DNA from: an uncultured Solirubrobacterales bacterium
GTDB taxonomy: Bacteria; Actinomycetota; Thermoleophilia; Solirubrobacterales; 70-9
NCBI GenBank assembly: GCA_963752585.1
Contig: CAVVYV010000008.1
Span: 552,197 to 616,196, forward strand
Direction: 5' to 3'
DNA: 64,000 nucleotides
Position numbers and translations under genes: made by a program. The notes below the pieces were generated by a model. That model saw nothing but the letters and a program-made list of their open reading frames with translations. It did no database searches and was not told the DNA's origin. Every line of letters begins with the position of its first letter. The first letter of the stretch is position 1. Below are positions 39,373-51,218 of the stretch, piece after piece.

Positions 39373-39933
39373 CTAGCGGCTGAGGCCGAAGTCGGCGGTG
39401 TAAATCGCCGAATTCCCGCCGCCGCTGCCCATCGGCGAGCCCATCGCAACCCCGACCCCGATGTTCCGGAACTGGCGCGAGAGCATCGCGGAGCGGTGCA
39501 TGGGGCTCCCCATCCAGCGCCTCAAGGTCGCCTTCGGCGACCCTTGGCCGCCGATGCCCCAGTGGATGTTCTCACCGACCGCCCAGAAAGAGGCTCCGCC
39601 AAGGTAGCCCGCCGCCTTGATCCGGCCGAGCGGGTCACCGTGAGAGAAGAAGTCGGACGCGTCCATCGCCGCCGAGTGGGCCCTGGCGGCGCTCTGGAGG
39701 CTTGGATTCCAAGCGAGCGGCCGAAGGCGATGCTTGCGGCGCACCTTGTTGACGAGGCAGGTGACCGATTGCTCGGCCTGCTCGGGGGACAGGTTCGCCG
39801 GGGCGGCGCCGGTAGAAGGGCACGCGAGCGCTGCCGAGCTCGTACCAGCCATCAGGAAGGCCATGGCGAGCGCAGAAACCCCAATCGTTATTTTCAGGTA
39901 GTGCCGGACAACCGGCAGATTCGTCATCGGCAT
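39373..39933 (-). CDS. Secreted CAP/SCP domain protein, paralogue C (intact)
   Basis: Intact 186-aa ORF. ...SVTCLVNKVRRKHRLRPLAWNPSLQSAARAHSAAMDASDFFSHGDP...GENIHWGIGGQGSPKATLRRWMGSPMHRSAMLSRQFRNIGVGVAMGSPMGSGGGNSAIYTADFGLSR. Over the 60 nt at its 3' end (plus-strand 39373 onward) it is about 93% identical to paralogue B by eye. Confidence 0.8.
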   Translation of the reverse strand: MPMTNLPVVRHYLKITIGVSALAMAFLMAGTSSAALACPSTGAAPANLSPEQAEQSVTCLVNKVRRKHRLRPLAWNPSLQSAARAHSAAMDASDFFSHGDPLGRIKAAGYLGGASFWAVGENIHWGIGGQGSPKATLRRWMGSPMHRSAMLSRQFRNIGVGVAMGSPMGSGGGNSAIYTADFGLSR

Positions 39934-40178
39934 GCAATGACCTCTCTCTCGTAGGCGCTTCCGGGGTTAGCTGTCGGGCTCGCGCAGAAGAGAGTTGCGC
40001 TATGCCGGAAACCGGCAATTCGCCCCGGGACTGGGTCCCCCGGCCGCCGGCTCACCTGGGCGAGACGGCGGTTAAGCAAGGTCAGTTGTGGCGCGAGAAG
40101 ATAACAGGCCCAGGCGACGGCGTCGAGTGGGGTCTGGCGCGAACCCCTTCTACCCCCGCCATCTACCATCGCCCCGAT

Positions 40179-41522
40179 ATGGCTGACACGGCGCTCGAGT
40201 CGCTCGCGGAAGCGGTCAGATCGAGCGGCCTGATCGCAGAGGACAGCTCGGGGGTGGCGCTCTGCTCCGGCGGAGCGGACTCGGCCGCCCTGGCGGCCGG
40301 CCTCGCCGGGGCTCGGGGCTCAGCCTCGGTTCTCGCCCTCCATCTCAACTATGGACTCCGCCCCGACTCCGACCGGGACGAGGGCAGCCTGCCGCGAGCT
40401 CTGCGAGAGGTTCGGCATCGAACTGGTGGTCGAGCGCCCCCGGCTGGGGGAGGGAAACGTGCAGGCCGAGGCGCGCGAGGCGCGCTACGCGGCGGCGGAG
40501 GCGGTGCGCCGGCAGCGGGGGCTCGACTGGGTCGCAACCGGCCACACCCGCACCGACCTCGCCGAGACCGTCCTCTACCGGCTTGCCACATCGCCCGGGC
40601 GACGGGCGCTGCTCGGGCTTCGGCCGCGCCGCGGGGTGATCGTCCGCCCGCTGTTGACCCTCGATCGCGAGCGCGTGCGGGCGCTCGCTACCGAGGCGGA
40701 TCTTCCCTTCCGGGACGACCCCACGCAACGCCGATCCCCTCTACGCCCGCAACCGGATCCGCAACGAGATCCTGCCCGTCCTCCGGGAGCTGGGCCCGGC
40801 GGCCGAGCAGGTGATCGCCGAGACCCAGGCGGAGCTCGCCGAGGAGTCGGAGGCATTGGAGGGGCTCGCCGCCGAGGCGCTGCGGTCGGATCGGGCGCCG
40901 AGGCAGGCGGGGTGATCGGCGCCGAGGCGCTGGCCGGGCTGCTCGCCGGCGCTGCGGCGGCTCGCGCTCCGAGCCCTGGCCGAGCGCGCGGCGGGCGGAC
41001 CGGTGCCCCTCGGCCGGGAGCGAGCGGCGGCGATCTGGCGGCTCGCCCAGGATCCGGAGGGCGGGGTGATCGAGCTCGGTGGCGGCGTCGAGGCGCAAGT
41101 CGAGCAGGGACACGTCCGCTTCCGCACCGGGCCGGAGGCGGACGCTCGAGGAGCGGACCCTGCCGGTCCCGGGGGCCTGCCGCTTCGGCCACTGGGAGGT
41201 GCGGGCCGAGGTCGGCGGGCCAGGCCCGGAGGCGGATGGGGTCGACCGCGCCACCCTCGATCCGGGCCGTCTCGGCGGGACGCTTCAGGTTCGCTCCTGG
41301 CGGGATGGCGACCGGATTCGGCCGCTTGGTCTCGGGGGCAGCAAGTCGCTCCAGGACCTGTTCACCGATCGCAAGGTGCCGCGCTCGCTGCGGCGCGCGC
41401 TGCCGGTGGTGACGGCTGGGGACCGAATCGCCTGGATCGCGGGGGTCGCCGTGTCCGAGGAGTTCGCGGCGCCCCCGGGCTCCGAGCGGGTGGCGGTGCT
41501 CAGCGCCAGCATCGTCGACTAG
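40179..41522 (+). pseudogene. tilS: tRNA(Ile)-lysidine synthase TilS, at least 5 frameshifts
   Basis: ATG 40179. PP-loop VALCSGGADSAAL...LHLNYGLRPDSDRDE|...CRELCERFGIELVV...EAREARY...WVATGHTRTDLAETVLYRL...VRPLL...FRDDPT|NADPLYARNRIRNEILPVLREL...; the C-terminal domain reads ...LQVRSWRDGDRIRPLGLGGSKSLQDLFTDRKVPRSLRRALPVVTAGDRIAWIAGV...*. Shifts lie near 40385, 40727, 40880-40950 and 41145. Confidence 0.85.
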
Positions 41523-41540
41523 CCACCTAGACTGGGCCCG

Positions 41541-42087
41541 GTGGACGGCGAGGAGAGCATCGGCGAGGTCCTGGTCACCAGCGAGGACCTCCAGCGCCGC
41601 GTCTCTGAGCTCGCGGGGGAGGTGAGCGCCGACTACGGCGAACGCGACCTGGTGCTGGTGGCGATCCTCAAGGGGGCCGTCCCCTTCCTCGCCGATCTGA
41701 TGAAGGAGCTCTCGATCGCCTGCGAGCTCGACTTCATGGCGGTCTCCAGCTACGGCTCCTCGACCGATTCCTCGGGGGTGGTCAGGATCCTCAAGGACCT
41801 CGATGCGCCGATCGCCGGCCGCGACGTCCTGATCGTCGAGGACATCATCGACTCCGGGCTCACCCTCCACTATCTGATCAAGAACCTGCGGGCGCGGGGG
41901 CCCGCGGTCGCTCGAGGTCTGTGCCCTGCTCACAAAGCCCGAGCGCCGCCGGGTGGACCTGCCTGTTCGCTACGTCGGCTTTGAGATTCCGAACCGCTTC
42001 GCGATCGGCTACGGGCTCGACCACGCCGAGCGGTTCCGCAACCTCGACTACGTCGCGGCCCTGCGGGAAAACCCACAGGGCAGTTAG
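41541..42087 (+). pseudogene. hpt: Hypoxanthine-guanine phosphoribosyltransferase, 1 frameshift
   Basis: ...LVLVAILKGAVPFLADLMKEL...DFMAVSSYG...VLIVEDIIDSGLTLHYL (PRPP loop)...NLRARGP|RSLEVCALLTKPERRRVDLPVRYVGFEIPNRFAIGYGLDHAERFRNLDYV...*. The shift lies near 41903. TAG at 42085-42087. Confidence 0.9.
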
Positions 42088-42183
42088 CCGGCGCCTGCGG
42101 TCGCGCCTGATTCCCCCTGGTACCCTCGGATTTGAGCCAGGAAGCCCATTTCCGCGTAACTCCCCCGGGAGAGGGGACACCAC

Positions 42184-44145
<1,962 letters not shown>

Positions 44146-44158
44146 CGCGCCGGCCACC

Positions 44159-44978
44159 ATGGCGAGGGTGATGGGGGTCGTCAACGTCACCCCCGACTCG
44201 TTCTCGGACGGGGGCGAGTTCCTCGATCCCGAACGGGCGATCGCCCACGGCCGAGAGCTCGTTGGGGACGGAGCCGAGATCCTCGACATCGGGGGGGAGT
44301 CGACCCGGCCCGGGGCCGGGGCGGTGAGCGCCGAGGAGGAGCTGGGGCGGGTGGGGCCGGTCGTGGAGGCCCTCGCCAAAGGCGCGGTCCCGCTCTCGAT
44401 CGACACCTCGAAGCGGGTGGTGGCCGAGGCGGCCGCTGGACGCCGGTGCGGCGATCGTCAACGACGTCACCGCGCTGCGGGCCGAACCGGAGCTGGCGGG
44501 CGTCTGCGCCGCCCGCGGCACAGACGTCGTCCTCATGCACATGCTCGGCGACCCGCGGACGATGCAGGAGGACCCGACCTACGACGACGTCGTCGACGAC
44601 GTCAAGGCCTTCCTCGCCGAGCGGATCGAGTTCGCTACCGCCGAGGGGATCGACGAGGAGCGGATCTGGGTCGATCCCGGGATCGGCTTCGGGAAGACCG
44701 TCGAGCACAACCTCGAGCTGATCCGTCGCCTGGGGGAGCTTGCCGAGCTGGGACGGCCGATCGTCGTCGGGACCTCGCGGAAGAGCTTCATCGGCAAGCT
44801 CACCGGCGCCCCGGTCGGCCGGCGCCTCGGTGGGACGATCGCCTCCAGCGTGCTCGCCTTCGCCAACGGCGCCGAGGTCCTCCGCGTCCACGACGCCGGC
44901 CCGGTCCGCGAGGCGCTCACCGTCGCCGAGGCGATCCTCGACCCCGATCGCGCCGCGGCGATCGCCGATCGAACCTGA
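44159..44978 (+). pseudogene. folP: Dihydropteroate synthase, 1 frameshift
   Basis: MARVMGVVNVTPDSFSDGG...ILDIGGESTRPGA...SIDTSKRVVAEAA|LDAGAAIVNDVTAL...MHMLGDPRTMQ...WVDPGIGFGKT...VGTSRKSFIG...LRVHD...*. The shift lies near 44434. Confidence 0.9.
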
Positions 44979-44991
44979 CGTCCGCCGGAAT

Positions 44992-45954
44992 CTAGCCGGC
45001 TCGCCGCAGCGCGATCCCGGTGGCGATCTCGCGCACGATTCGGTCGGCGACCAGGCAGGTGATGTCGGCGGAGCCGACCGCCGTCGGGATCACCTCGACC
45101 ACCTCGGCCCCGACGATCTCAAGACGGAGGGCGATCTGGCGGCAGGCCCAGAGCAAATCGGCCGAGGTCATGCCACCGGGCTCGGGGGTGCCGGTGCCAG
45201 GCGCGTAGACCGGATCGAGCACGTCGACATCGACCGAGAGGAAGACCGGCCCTTCGCCTGCGGCCTCTGCGGCCTGCTCGACGACGGCGGCAATGCCGCG
45301 CTCGCGGACCTCATGCATGTAGATCGCGGTGATCCCCTGCTTCTGCTGCCAGGCGAACTCCTTGTCGCCTGGCCAGTAGCCGCGGAGCCCGATCTGCGCG
45401 TAGCGGCCGGGGTCGACGTGACCCTGCTCGACCAACCGGTACATGGGCGTCCCGTGCGAGATCTCCACGCCGAAGACCTCAGTGCCGGTGTCGGTGTGGG
45501 TGTCGAAGTGAACCAGGCCGACCGGGCCGTGGCGCTTGGCACAGGCGCGGACATCCGGCTCGGCGATCCCATGGTCGCCCCCGAGAACTATCGGTACCGC
45601 GTCCGCCGCCAGCACCTCGCCGACGCTGCGCTCGATCGCCTCGTGGCTTCTCGCCGGATCGGCCGGCAGCACCGGGGCGTCTCCGTAGTCGACCACTCGG
45701 AGCTCTTCGAAGGCGTCGACCTTCGCTTCGAGGTGGGGCCCGTGCGGGGCGCTGGCGGCGCGGATCCCGCGAGGGCCGAAGCGCGATCCAGGCCGATCCG
45801 AGACGAGATCGTCGGTGGGGGCGCCGACGATCGCGATGTCCACGCCCTGAAGCTCGGCCGGGTCCTCGGTGTAGGGAATGCCGCCGAAGCTGAGCAGCCC
45901 CGCGTAATCGGGCTTCTCGCCGTACTCGCGCCAGCGCTCGAGCGGATCGATCAA
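44992..45954 (-). CDS. Agmatinase / ureohydrolase (arginase family)
   Basis: TTG 45954 overlaps the hydrolase stop. ...IVGAPTDDLVSDRPGSRFGPRGIR...VLGGDHGI...LVHFDTHTDT...SHGTPMYRL...FLSVDVDVLDPVYAPGTGTPEPGG are the Mn-binding motifs. The reading is intact inside the fused ORF 44992..46668. Confidence 0.85.
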   Translation of the reverse strand: MIDPLERWREYGEKPDYAGLLSFGGIPYTEDPAELQGVDIAIVGAPTDDLVSDRPGSRFGPRGIRAASAPHGPHLEAKVDAFEELRVVDYGDAPVLPADPARSHEAIERSVGEVLAADAVPIVLGGDHGIAEPDVRACAKRHGPVGLVHFDTHTDTGTEVFGVEISHGTPMYRLVEQGHVDPGRYAQIGLRGYWPGDKEFAWQQKQGITAIYMHEVRERGIAAVVEQAAEAAGEGPVFLSVDVDVLDPVYAPGTGTPEPGGMTSADLLWACRQIALRLEIVGAEVVEVIPTAVGSADITCLVADRIVREIATGIALRRAG

Positions 45955-46882
45955 TCGACGAACTCCCGGATCAGGGAGTTGACGTCGTCCGGGCGCTCGT
46001 AGGGCACCCAGTGCCCGGCGCCGGGCACGAGCTCCACCCGCAGCCTCGGGACCCACTCGCTCAGCCCGCGGGTGAGCGTCGGAAGCAGAACGGAGTCGTT
46101 CTCGCCCCAAATCACCAGGGTGGGCACATCGACGGTCTGCGAGGTGATCTTGGCCTCGTACTCCTCCGGCACGCCCCCGGCGGCGACCTGTTCGCCCATT
46201 CGCGCGGCCCGGTAGTAGTTGAGGCCGCCCCGTGATCGCGCCCGGCTGGGACCAGGCCTCCTGGTAGAGGTTGCGCTCCGCGTCGCTGAGCTGCGCGCCG
46301 CTACCACCGATCCGCTGCATGATCTGGTCCATCATCGAGAAGTCGTTGGCGGCGAGCATCCGCTCGGGCCCCGGTGACGGCTTCGAGAGCTCGATCATGT
46401 AGTTGACCGCCTCGCGCTGGCTCGGGCTCTCGCGGAGGTCGCGGTTCCAGGTGAAGGGCGGTGGTCCGTCGATGATCACCAGGCGCTCGAGCAGCTCGGG
46501 GTATTTGAGGGCGAAGGCCCAGGAGACGATCCCGCCCCAGTCGTGGCCGACCAGGGTGAGCGGAGCGACTCCGAGCTCCTCGACCAGGCCCCGGATGTCG
46601 GCGAGCAGGTGGCGCATCCGGTAGGCCTCGGGATCCTCGGGCGCGGACGAGAGGTTGTAGCCGCGCATGTCCGCCGCGTAGACGGCGTGGTCCTCGCCGA
46701 GGTCGGCTAGCTGGTGGCGCCAGAGGAACCAGAACTGGGGGAAGCCGTGGAGGAAGAGGATCGGCTTGCCCGAGCCCCTGCTGACGTAGTGGAGCGTCGC
46801 CTCGGGGAGCTCGGCGTAGTGGTCGGTGACCGTCGACCGTCCGGTCGCCGTCCCCGATCGTCGTCGTCCCGGCGGCGCTCAC
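45951..46882 (-). pseudogene. Alpha/beta hydrolase (epoxide hydrolase / haloalkane dehalogenase-like), 2 frameshifts
   Basis: GTG 46882: MSAAGTTTIGDGDRTVD|VTDHYAELPEATLHYVSRGSGKPILFLHGFPQFWFLWRHQL...LVGHDWGG (nucleophile elbow)...EAWSQPGAITG|GLNYYRAA...VIWGENDSVL...GAGHWVPYERPDDVNSLIREFVD*. Shifts lie near 46835 and 46230. Confidence 0.8.
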
Positions 46883-46944
46883 CGGACGAAGTGGTAGCAG
46901 GCGATCGCCGTCGCCAACCTGCCGCCATCGTCTAGGTTGGCGGC

Positions 46945-47367
46945 GTGGACGCCCACGACGACAGCACCCAGTCCTCGGTCGAGGTCGAGCTGCGGGGACT
47001 CTCCATATACACCCACCACGGGGTGACCGAGGCGGAGCAGGAGGTCGGGCAGCGGCTCGAGTTCGATCTCACCCTCGACGTCGCCGATTGCGATGCGGTG
47101 CTCACCGACCGGGTCGAGGACACGGTCGACTACTCCGAGGTCTGCGACATCGTCGCCCTCGCCGCCAGCGAGCGCAGCTACCGGACCCTGGAGCGCCTCT
47201 GCCAGGTCGTGGCGGAGCGGCTGATGGAGCGCTTCGAATGCGAGAGCGTCCGGGTGAGGGCGGCGAAGCCCGAGCCGCCCCTCCACTACACGGTGGACGA
47301 GGCGGGGGTCGAGGTCACCCTGGAGGGCTCGGTCGACCGCGAGCCGGGCGAGGAGCAGGGGATCTGA
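46945..47367 (+). CDS. folB: Dihydroneopterin aldolase
   Basis: Intact 140-aa ORF (GTG start). ...VELRGLSIYTHHGVTEAEQEVGQRLEFDLTLDVA...DRVEDTVDYSEVCDIV...TLERLCQVVAERL...VRVRAAKPEPP fits FolB. Confidence 0.85.
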   Translation: MDAHDDSTQSSVEVELRGLSIYTHHGVTEAEQEVGQRLEFDLTLDVADCDAVLTDRVEDTVDYSEVCDIVALAASERSYRTLERLCQVVAERLMERFECESVRVRAAKPEPPLHYTVDEAGVEVTLEGSVDREPGEEQGI

Positions 47368-47887
47368 GCGAGGCGGCGAGCGAGCGGGTCGGCTACATCG
47401 GGCTCGGCTCGAACGTCGGGGATCGGAAGGCGCACCTCAGCGGGCGCGATCGCGACCTCGAATGGGCCTCGGGCGTGAGTGCCGACGCGGTCGTCCTCGA
47501 TATACGAGACCGAGCCGGTTGGGGAGATCCTCGACCAGCCCGACTTCCTCAACGCCGTCGTCCGCGTGAGGATCGACGCTCGCCCCGATCGAGCTCCTCG
47601 ACGTCTGCAAGGCGATCGAGGTCGAGCACGGGCGAGCGTTCGCGCGGCCCTCGCCACGGGCCGCGCCCGATCGACCTCGACCTGCTGCTGCTCGGTGAAA
47701 TCGAGATGCGCACCGACCAGCTCACCTTGCCGCACCCCGAGATCACATCGCGGCGTTTCGTCCTGGAACCGCTGCTGGAGCTCGATCCAGAGTCTCCACC
47801 TCCCTGACGGCACGGCCCTCAGTGAGGCTGCTTGCTGCGCTGGGCCCGGGACAGCGGGTGACCCGGGTTGGTCCGCCGCCGGGCTAG
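47364..47887 (+). pseudogene. folK: 2-amino-4-hydroxy-6-hydroxymethyldihydropterin pyrophosphokinase (HPPK), about 5-7 frameshifts; start codon unclear
   Basis: Pieces in all three frames are ordered as ERVGYIGLGSNVGDRKAHL | AIATSNGPR | GVSADAV | SSIYETEPVGEILDQPDFLNAVVRVRIDA | PIELLDVCKAIEVEHGR | GPRPIDLDLLLLGEIEMRTDQLTLPHPEITSRRFVLEPLLELDPE | LHLPDGTALSEA | ...GPGQRVTRVGPPPG*. This matches the HPPK motif order. The stop shares CTAG (47884-47887) with the opposing gene. Confidence 0.7.
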
Positions 47888-48679
47888 CTCGCGCGCTCGG
47901 CCCGGAGCGGCTGAAGCCACTCGTCCGGGAACACCGGAGGCATCCGGCCCGGGAAGTCCGGCACCAGCCGGCTCGCCAGCTGACCCGCGGGCCGGCTCTC
48001 GATCGCCGGTCGGAGGTCGTCGAACGTCATCAGCAGGCAGAGGCTGGGGGCCAGCTGAAGGTCGGCGGCATTCGGCTCCTCGCCGCCGATCACACCCTCG
48101 GCGATCCAGCGGTCGATCTGGTCGAGGTCCGCGGGGAGCGAGGCGAGGTCGTCGCGGACGTTCTCGTCGGTTGCCTCGTTGAACCGGGCCGAGAGGGCGA
48201 CGATCGGGGCGCCGGTCTTCACGGCGAGTCCGACCGGGATCCCGAGGCGGGCGCCCTCGGAGTAGCTCGCCATCGGCGCCCGGTCGCGCTTGAAGCGCCC
48301 ACCAGATGAGCCGCCGCGGCTTCTGCTGGAAGACGTCTCCCCAGGCCTCCACCTCCTCGACCGCTGCCCGCTCGGCGGGGTCGGCTGGGAAGAGCGGCGG
48401 CTCGGGCTGGATCCGGTCGAGCTCGCGGGCGATCTCCCGCGAGCCCTGGATCCGCCGGCCGTCGAGCTTCAGCGCCGGGACGGTGATCCCGGGGAAGCGA
48501 GCAGCCTTCAGGACTCCCTTCGAGATCACCGGAACCAGGTCCCGGCGCTTGTATGGGATGCCCTTTCGCTCGAGCATCAGGGCCGCGGTCACCGATGGAT
48601 GCGACCCCGGGATCACGTAGAGCGTGGCGGCCACGCGGGGATCGTATTGCCCGCGGCCGGGGCGCTCGCCACTGGCCAT
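47884..48679 (-). pseudogene. Glutathione S-transferase-family protein, 1 frameshift
   Basis: The N-terminal thioredoxin-like domain reads ATLYVIPGSHPSVTAALMLERKGIPYKRRDLVP...ITVPALKLDGRRIQGSREIAREL.... ...RRLIWWAL|KRDRAPMASYSEG... joins ORFs 47819..48679 and 47884..48273 near 48290. Confidence 0.6.
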
Positions 48680-48690
48680 AATCGGCCGCG

Positions 48691-49458
48691 ATGCTGCTCG
48701 CGGTCGACGTCGGCAACACCCAGACCCATCTCGGCGCCTTCGAGGGCGCCGAGCTCTCCCACGACTGGCGGCTGGCGACCGAGGCCCACGCGACCGCCGA
48801 CGAGCTCGCGGGGACGATCTCCACCCTGCTCGAGCTGGAGGGGCTCGGGTTCACGGCGCTCGACGGCGCGATCGTCTCCACCGTCGTTCCCCAGCTCGGG
48901 CCCGAGTACGAGCGGCTCTGCGCCCGGCACATCGGCGAGGGGGGCCTGATCGTCGGGCCCCAGATCAAGACCGGGATGCCGATCCTGGTCGACAACCCAC
49001 ACGAGCTCGGCGCCGACCGCCTCGTCAACGCGGTGGCCGCCTACGACCAGGTCGGCGGCGCCTGCGTCGCGGTCGACTTCGGCACCTCGACCAACTTCGA
49101 CGTCGTCTCAGGCGCCGGGGAGTACCTGGGCGGGGTGATCGGCCCAGGAGTTGAGATCTCGCTGGAGGCGCTGAGCGCGAGGGCGGCGAAGCTGCCGCGC
49201 GTCGATCTCTCCGACCCCCGGGGGGCGATCGGCAAGCACACCCAGGCCGCGATCCAGTCCGGGTTCGCCTACGGGTTCGCCGGGCTGGTCGACGGGATCA
49301 ACCGGCGCCTCGCCGAGGAGCTCGGGGAAGCCGCCACCTTCATCGCCACCGGAGGGCTGGCGGCGACGATCGCGCCGCTGTGCGAGACGATCGACGAGGT
49401 CGATCCGCTCCTCACCCTGAAGGGCCTCCGCCTCATCCACGAGCGCAACACTTCCTAG
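48691..49458 (+). CDS. coaX: Type III pantothenate kinase
   Basis: Intact 255-aa ORF. MLLAVDVGNTQTHLG...GADRLVNAVAA...VAVDFGTSTNFDVV...GGVIGPG...ATGGLA are CoaX motifs. Confidence 0.9.
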   Translation: MLLAVDVGNTQTHLGAFEGAELSHDWRLATEAHATADELAGTISTLLELEGLGFTALDGAIVSTVVPQLGPEYERLCARHIGEGGLIVGPQIKTGMPILVDNPHELGADRLVNAVAAYDQVGGACVAVDFGTSTNFDVVSGAGEYLGGVIGPGVEISLEALSARAAKLPRVDLSDPRGAIGKHTQAAIQSGFAYGFAGLVDGINRRLAEELGEAATFIATGGLAATIAPLCETIDEVDPLLTLKGLRLIHERNTS

Positions 49459-49460
49459 TC

Positions 49461-50453
49461 GTGCAGACGCAGCCGTCGCTTACATCGCCCTTCCGGATCG
49501 GCGAGGTCGAGATCGCCAACCGGGTCCTGCTCGCGCCGCTGGCGGGGATCGGCAACTGGTTCGTGCGCCTGCAGGCGCGCCGCCACGGTGCCGGGTTGGC
49601 GGTCTCGGAGATGGTCTCCAGCTTCGGGTTGCACTACCGCAACGAGCGAACCCTTCGCGAGCTGCTCCGTCTCCATCCCGACGAACACCCGGTCTCGGTC
49701 CAGCTCTTCGGCCAGGACCCCGAGGTGATGCGCTCGGCCGCCTCGATCGCCGCCGAGGCCGGGGCCGATCTGATCGACATCAACATGGGCTGCCCGGTGC
49801 GGAAGGTGTGCAAGACCGGCGCCGGCGCCGCCCTCCTCTCCCAGCCCGACCTCGCGGTCGCGATCGCCAGAGCGGCGCGGAAGGGGGGAGGCGTCCCGGT
49901 GACGGTGAAGCTGCGATCCGGCCTGACGCCGGGGGGCCGGGAGGGATTCGAGCTGGCGCAGCGGCTGGTCGCCGACGCCGATGTCGCGGGCATCGCCTTC
50001 CACCCGAGGGCCGCAGCCACCCAGCACAAGGGCGAGCCGGACTACGCCCTCACACGTGAGCTGGTCGAGCGTCTTGACGTCCCGGTGGTCGTCTCCGGCG
50101 GCCTCGATACCGCCGAGGCGGCCCGTAACGCCTACGAGGCTTCGGGGGCGGCCGCAGTGATGATCGCCCGCGGGTCGCTGGGCAACCCTTGGATCTTCGA
50201 GGAGCTCACCGGCCGCCGGGTCGAGCCGCCGAGCGGGGAGGAGATGGTGGCGGAGCTGCTCTGGGTGGTCGACCGCGCCGAGGAGCACCTCGGGCCCGAG
50301 CGTGCCGCCCGCTATCTGCGCAAGTTCTACCCCTGGTATCTCGAGCGCCTCGGAGCCGAGAAGCCGCTCGCCGGCGCCCTCCAGGAGACCGACGAGCTCG
50401 ACTCGGCGCGGGCTCTGATCGGCGACCTCAGCCTCGCCGAAGCGGCGGTCTAG
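49461..50453 (+). CDS. dus: tRNA-dihydrouridine synthase
   Basis: GTG 49461, 2 nt after the coaX stop. ...LAPLAGIGNWFVRL...VQLFGQDPEVM...DINMGCPVRKV...VTVKLRSG...MIARGSLGNPWIF are Dus-family motifs. The reading is intact within ORF 49380..50453. Confidence 0.9.
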   Translation: MQTQPSLTSPFRIGEVEIANRVLLAPLAGIGNWFVRLQARRHGAGLAVSEMVSSFGLHYRNERTLRELLRLHPDEHPVSVQLFGQDPEVMRSAASIAAEAGADLIDINMGCPVRKVCKTGAGAALLSQPDLAVAIARAARKGGGVPVTVKLRSGLTPGGREGFELAQRLVADADVAGIAFHPRAAATQHKGEPDYALTRELVERLDVPVVVSGGLDTAEAARNAYEASGAAAVMIARGSLGNPWIFEELTGRRVEPPSGEEMVAELLWVVDRAEEHLGPERAARYLRKFYPWYLERLGAEKPLAGALQETDELDSARALIGDLSLAEAAV

Positions 50454-50567
50454 CGAAACTGCCCATGCGCCGAGTCGGCACCGCTCTTATCGCATAGGTT
50501 TTCGGGTTGTAAGGATTGTCACGGGCCATCCGGCTCGGACTCGGCTTGACTTTGAAGGGAGAATCAG

Positions 50568-51218
50568 ATGATCACGAAGCGATCTGCCCGGATTGCCGTG
50601 CTGGCCTGTGCGAGCGTTGCCTCGCTCGGGCTGATCGTGGGCCCGGCATCGGCCGCTGCGAAGACGAAGAAGAAGACCGTGACTCGGACGGCCGCGTTCA
50701 GCCAGTGCGCGAACGTGGCCTCCCCGATCCCCGACGTTGGGGGTCCTTTCGGCTCAGCGGTTATCCCGGTCAGCGTTCCCAACTTCAAAGGGGGCGTGCA
50801 GGACGGGACGGTGACGGCGATCACCTCTGCCGGTGTTCGGATCACGCACACCTTCGACGGCGACCTGATCCTCACCCTCGTCTCGCCCGGCGGCAGGGTT
50901 GTTCAACTTGCCAACCGCCGGGGCATCGCTGGCGACGGATACGGCAGTGGAGCGGCCAGCTGCAGCGGCTCGCTGGTCCTGTTCGGCGACGGGTTCCCGA
51001 CCCCGATCTCGACCCCTGGCAACACAGTCCAAAACCCGATCGTCGGCTCGTTCAAGCCCGAGCAGCCTTTGAGCCTGGTTGTCGGCGGCCCCGCCCGGGG
51101 CAGTTGGGTCCTGCTCGTGGCTGATGTGGCGGGCGGCGACACCGGAGCGATCAATGCCGTTTCGCTGAACTTCACCTACAGCTACCAGGCGCGGGTGAAG
51201 GTAAAGAAGAAGAAGTAA
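50568..51218 (+). CDS. Secreted stand-alone proprotein-convertase P-domain protein
   Basis: Intact 216-aa ORF. GAAGGGAGA SD lies upstream. The signal peptide ends ...GPASAAA. ...ITHTFDGDLILTLVSPGGRVVQLANRRG...GSFKPEQPLSLVVGGPARGSWVLLVADVAGGDTGAINAVSLNF fits the P/Homo-B domain. Both termini are Lys-rich. Confidence 0.6.
   Translation: MITKRSARIAVLACASVASLGLIVGPASAAAKTKKKTVTRTAAFSQCANVASPIPDVGGPFGSAVIPVSVPNFKGGVQDGTVTAITSAGVRITHTFDGDLILTLVSPGGRVVQLANRRGIAGDGYGSGAASCSGSLVLFGDGFPTPISTPGNTVQNPIVGSFKPEQPLSLVVGGPARGSWVLLVADVAGGDTGAINAVSLNFTYSYQARVKVKKKK

Noticed and set aside
37973-39933. The triplicated CAP-gene array as a mobile element or IS-mediated duplication
   Set aside because: No transposase, integrase, terminal inverted repeats or target-site duplications are visible. 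The similarity is confined to the genes and a short 5' motif, consistent with simple tandem duplication.
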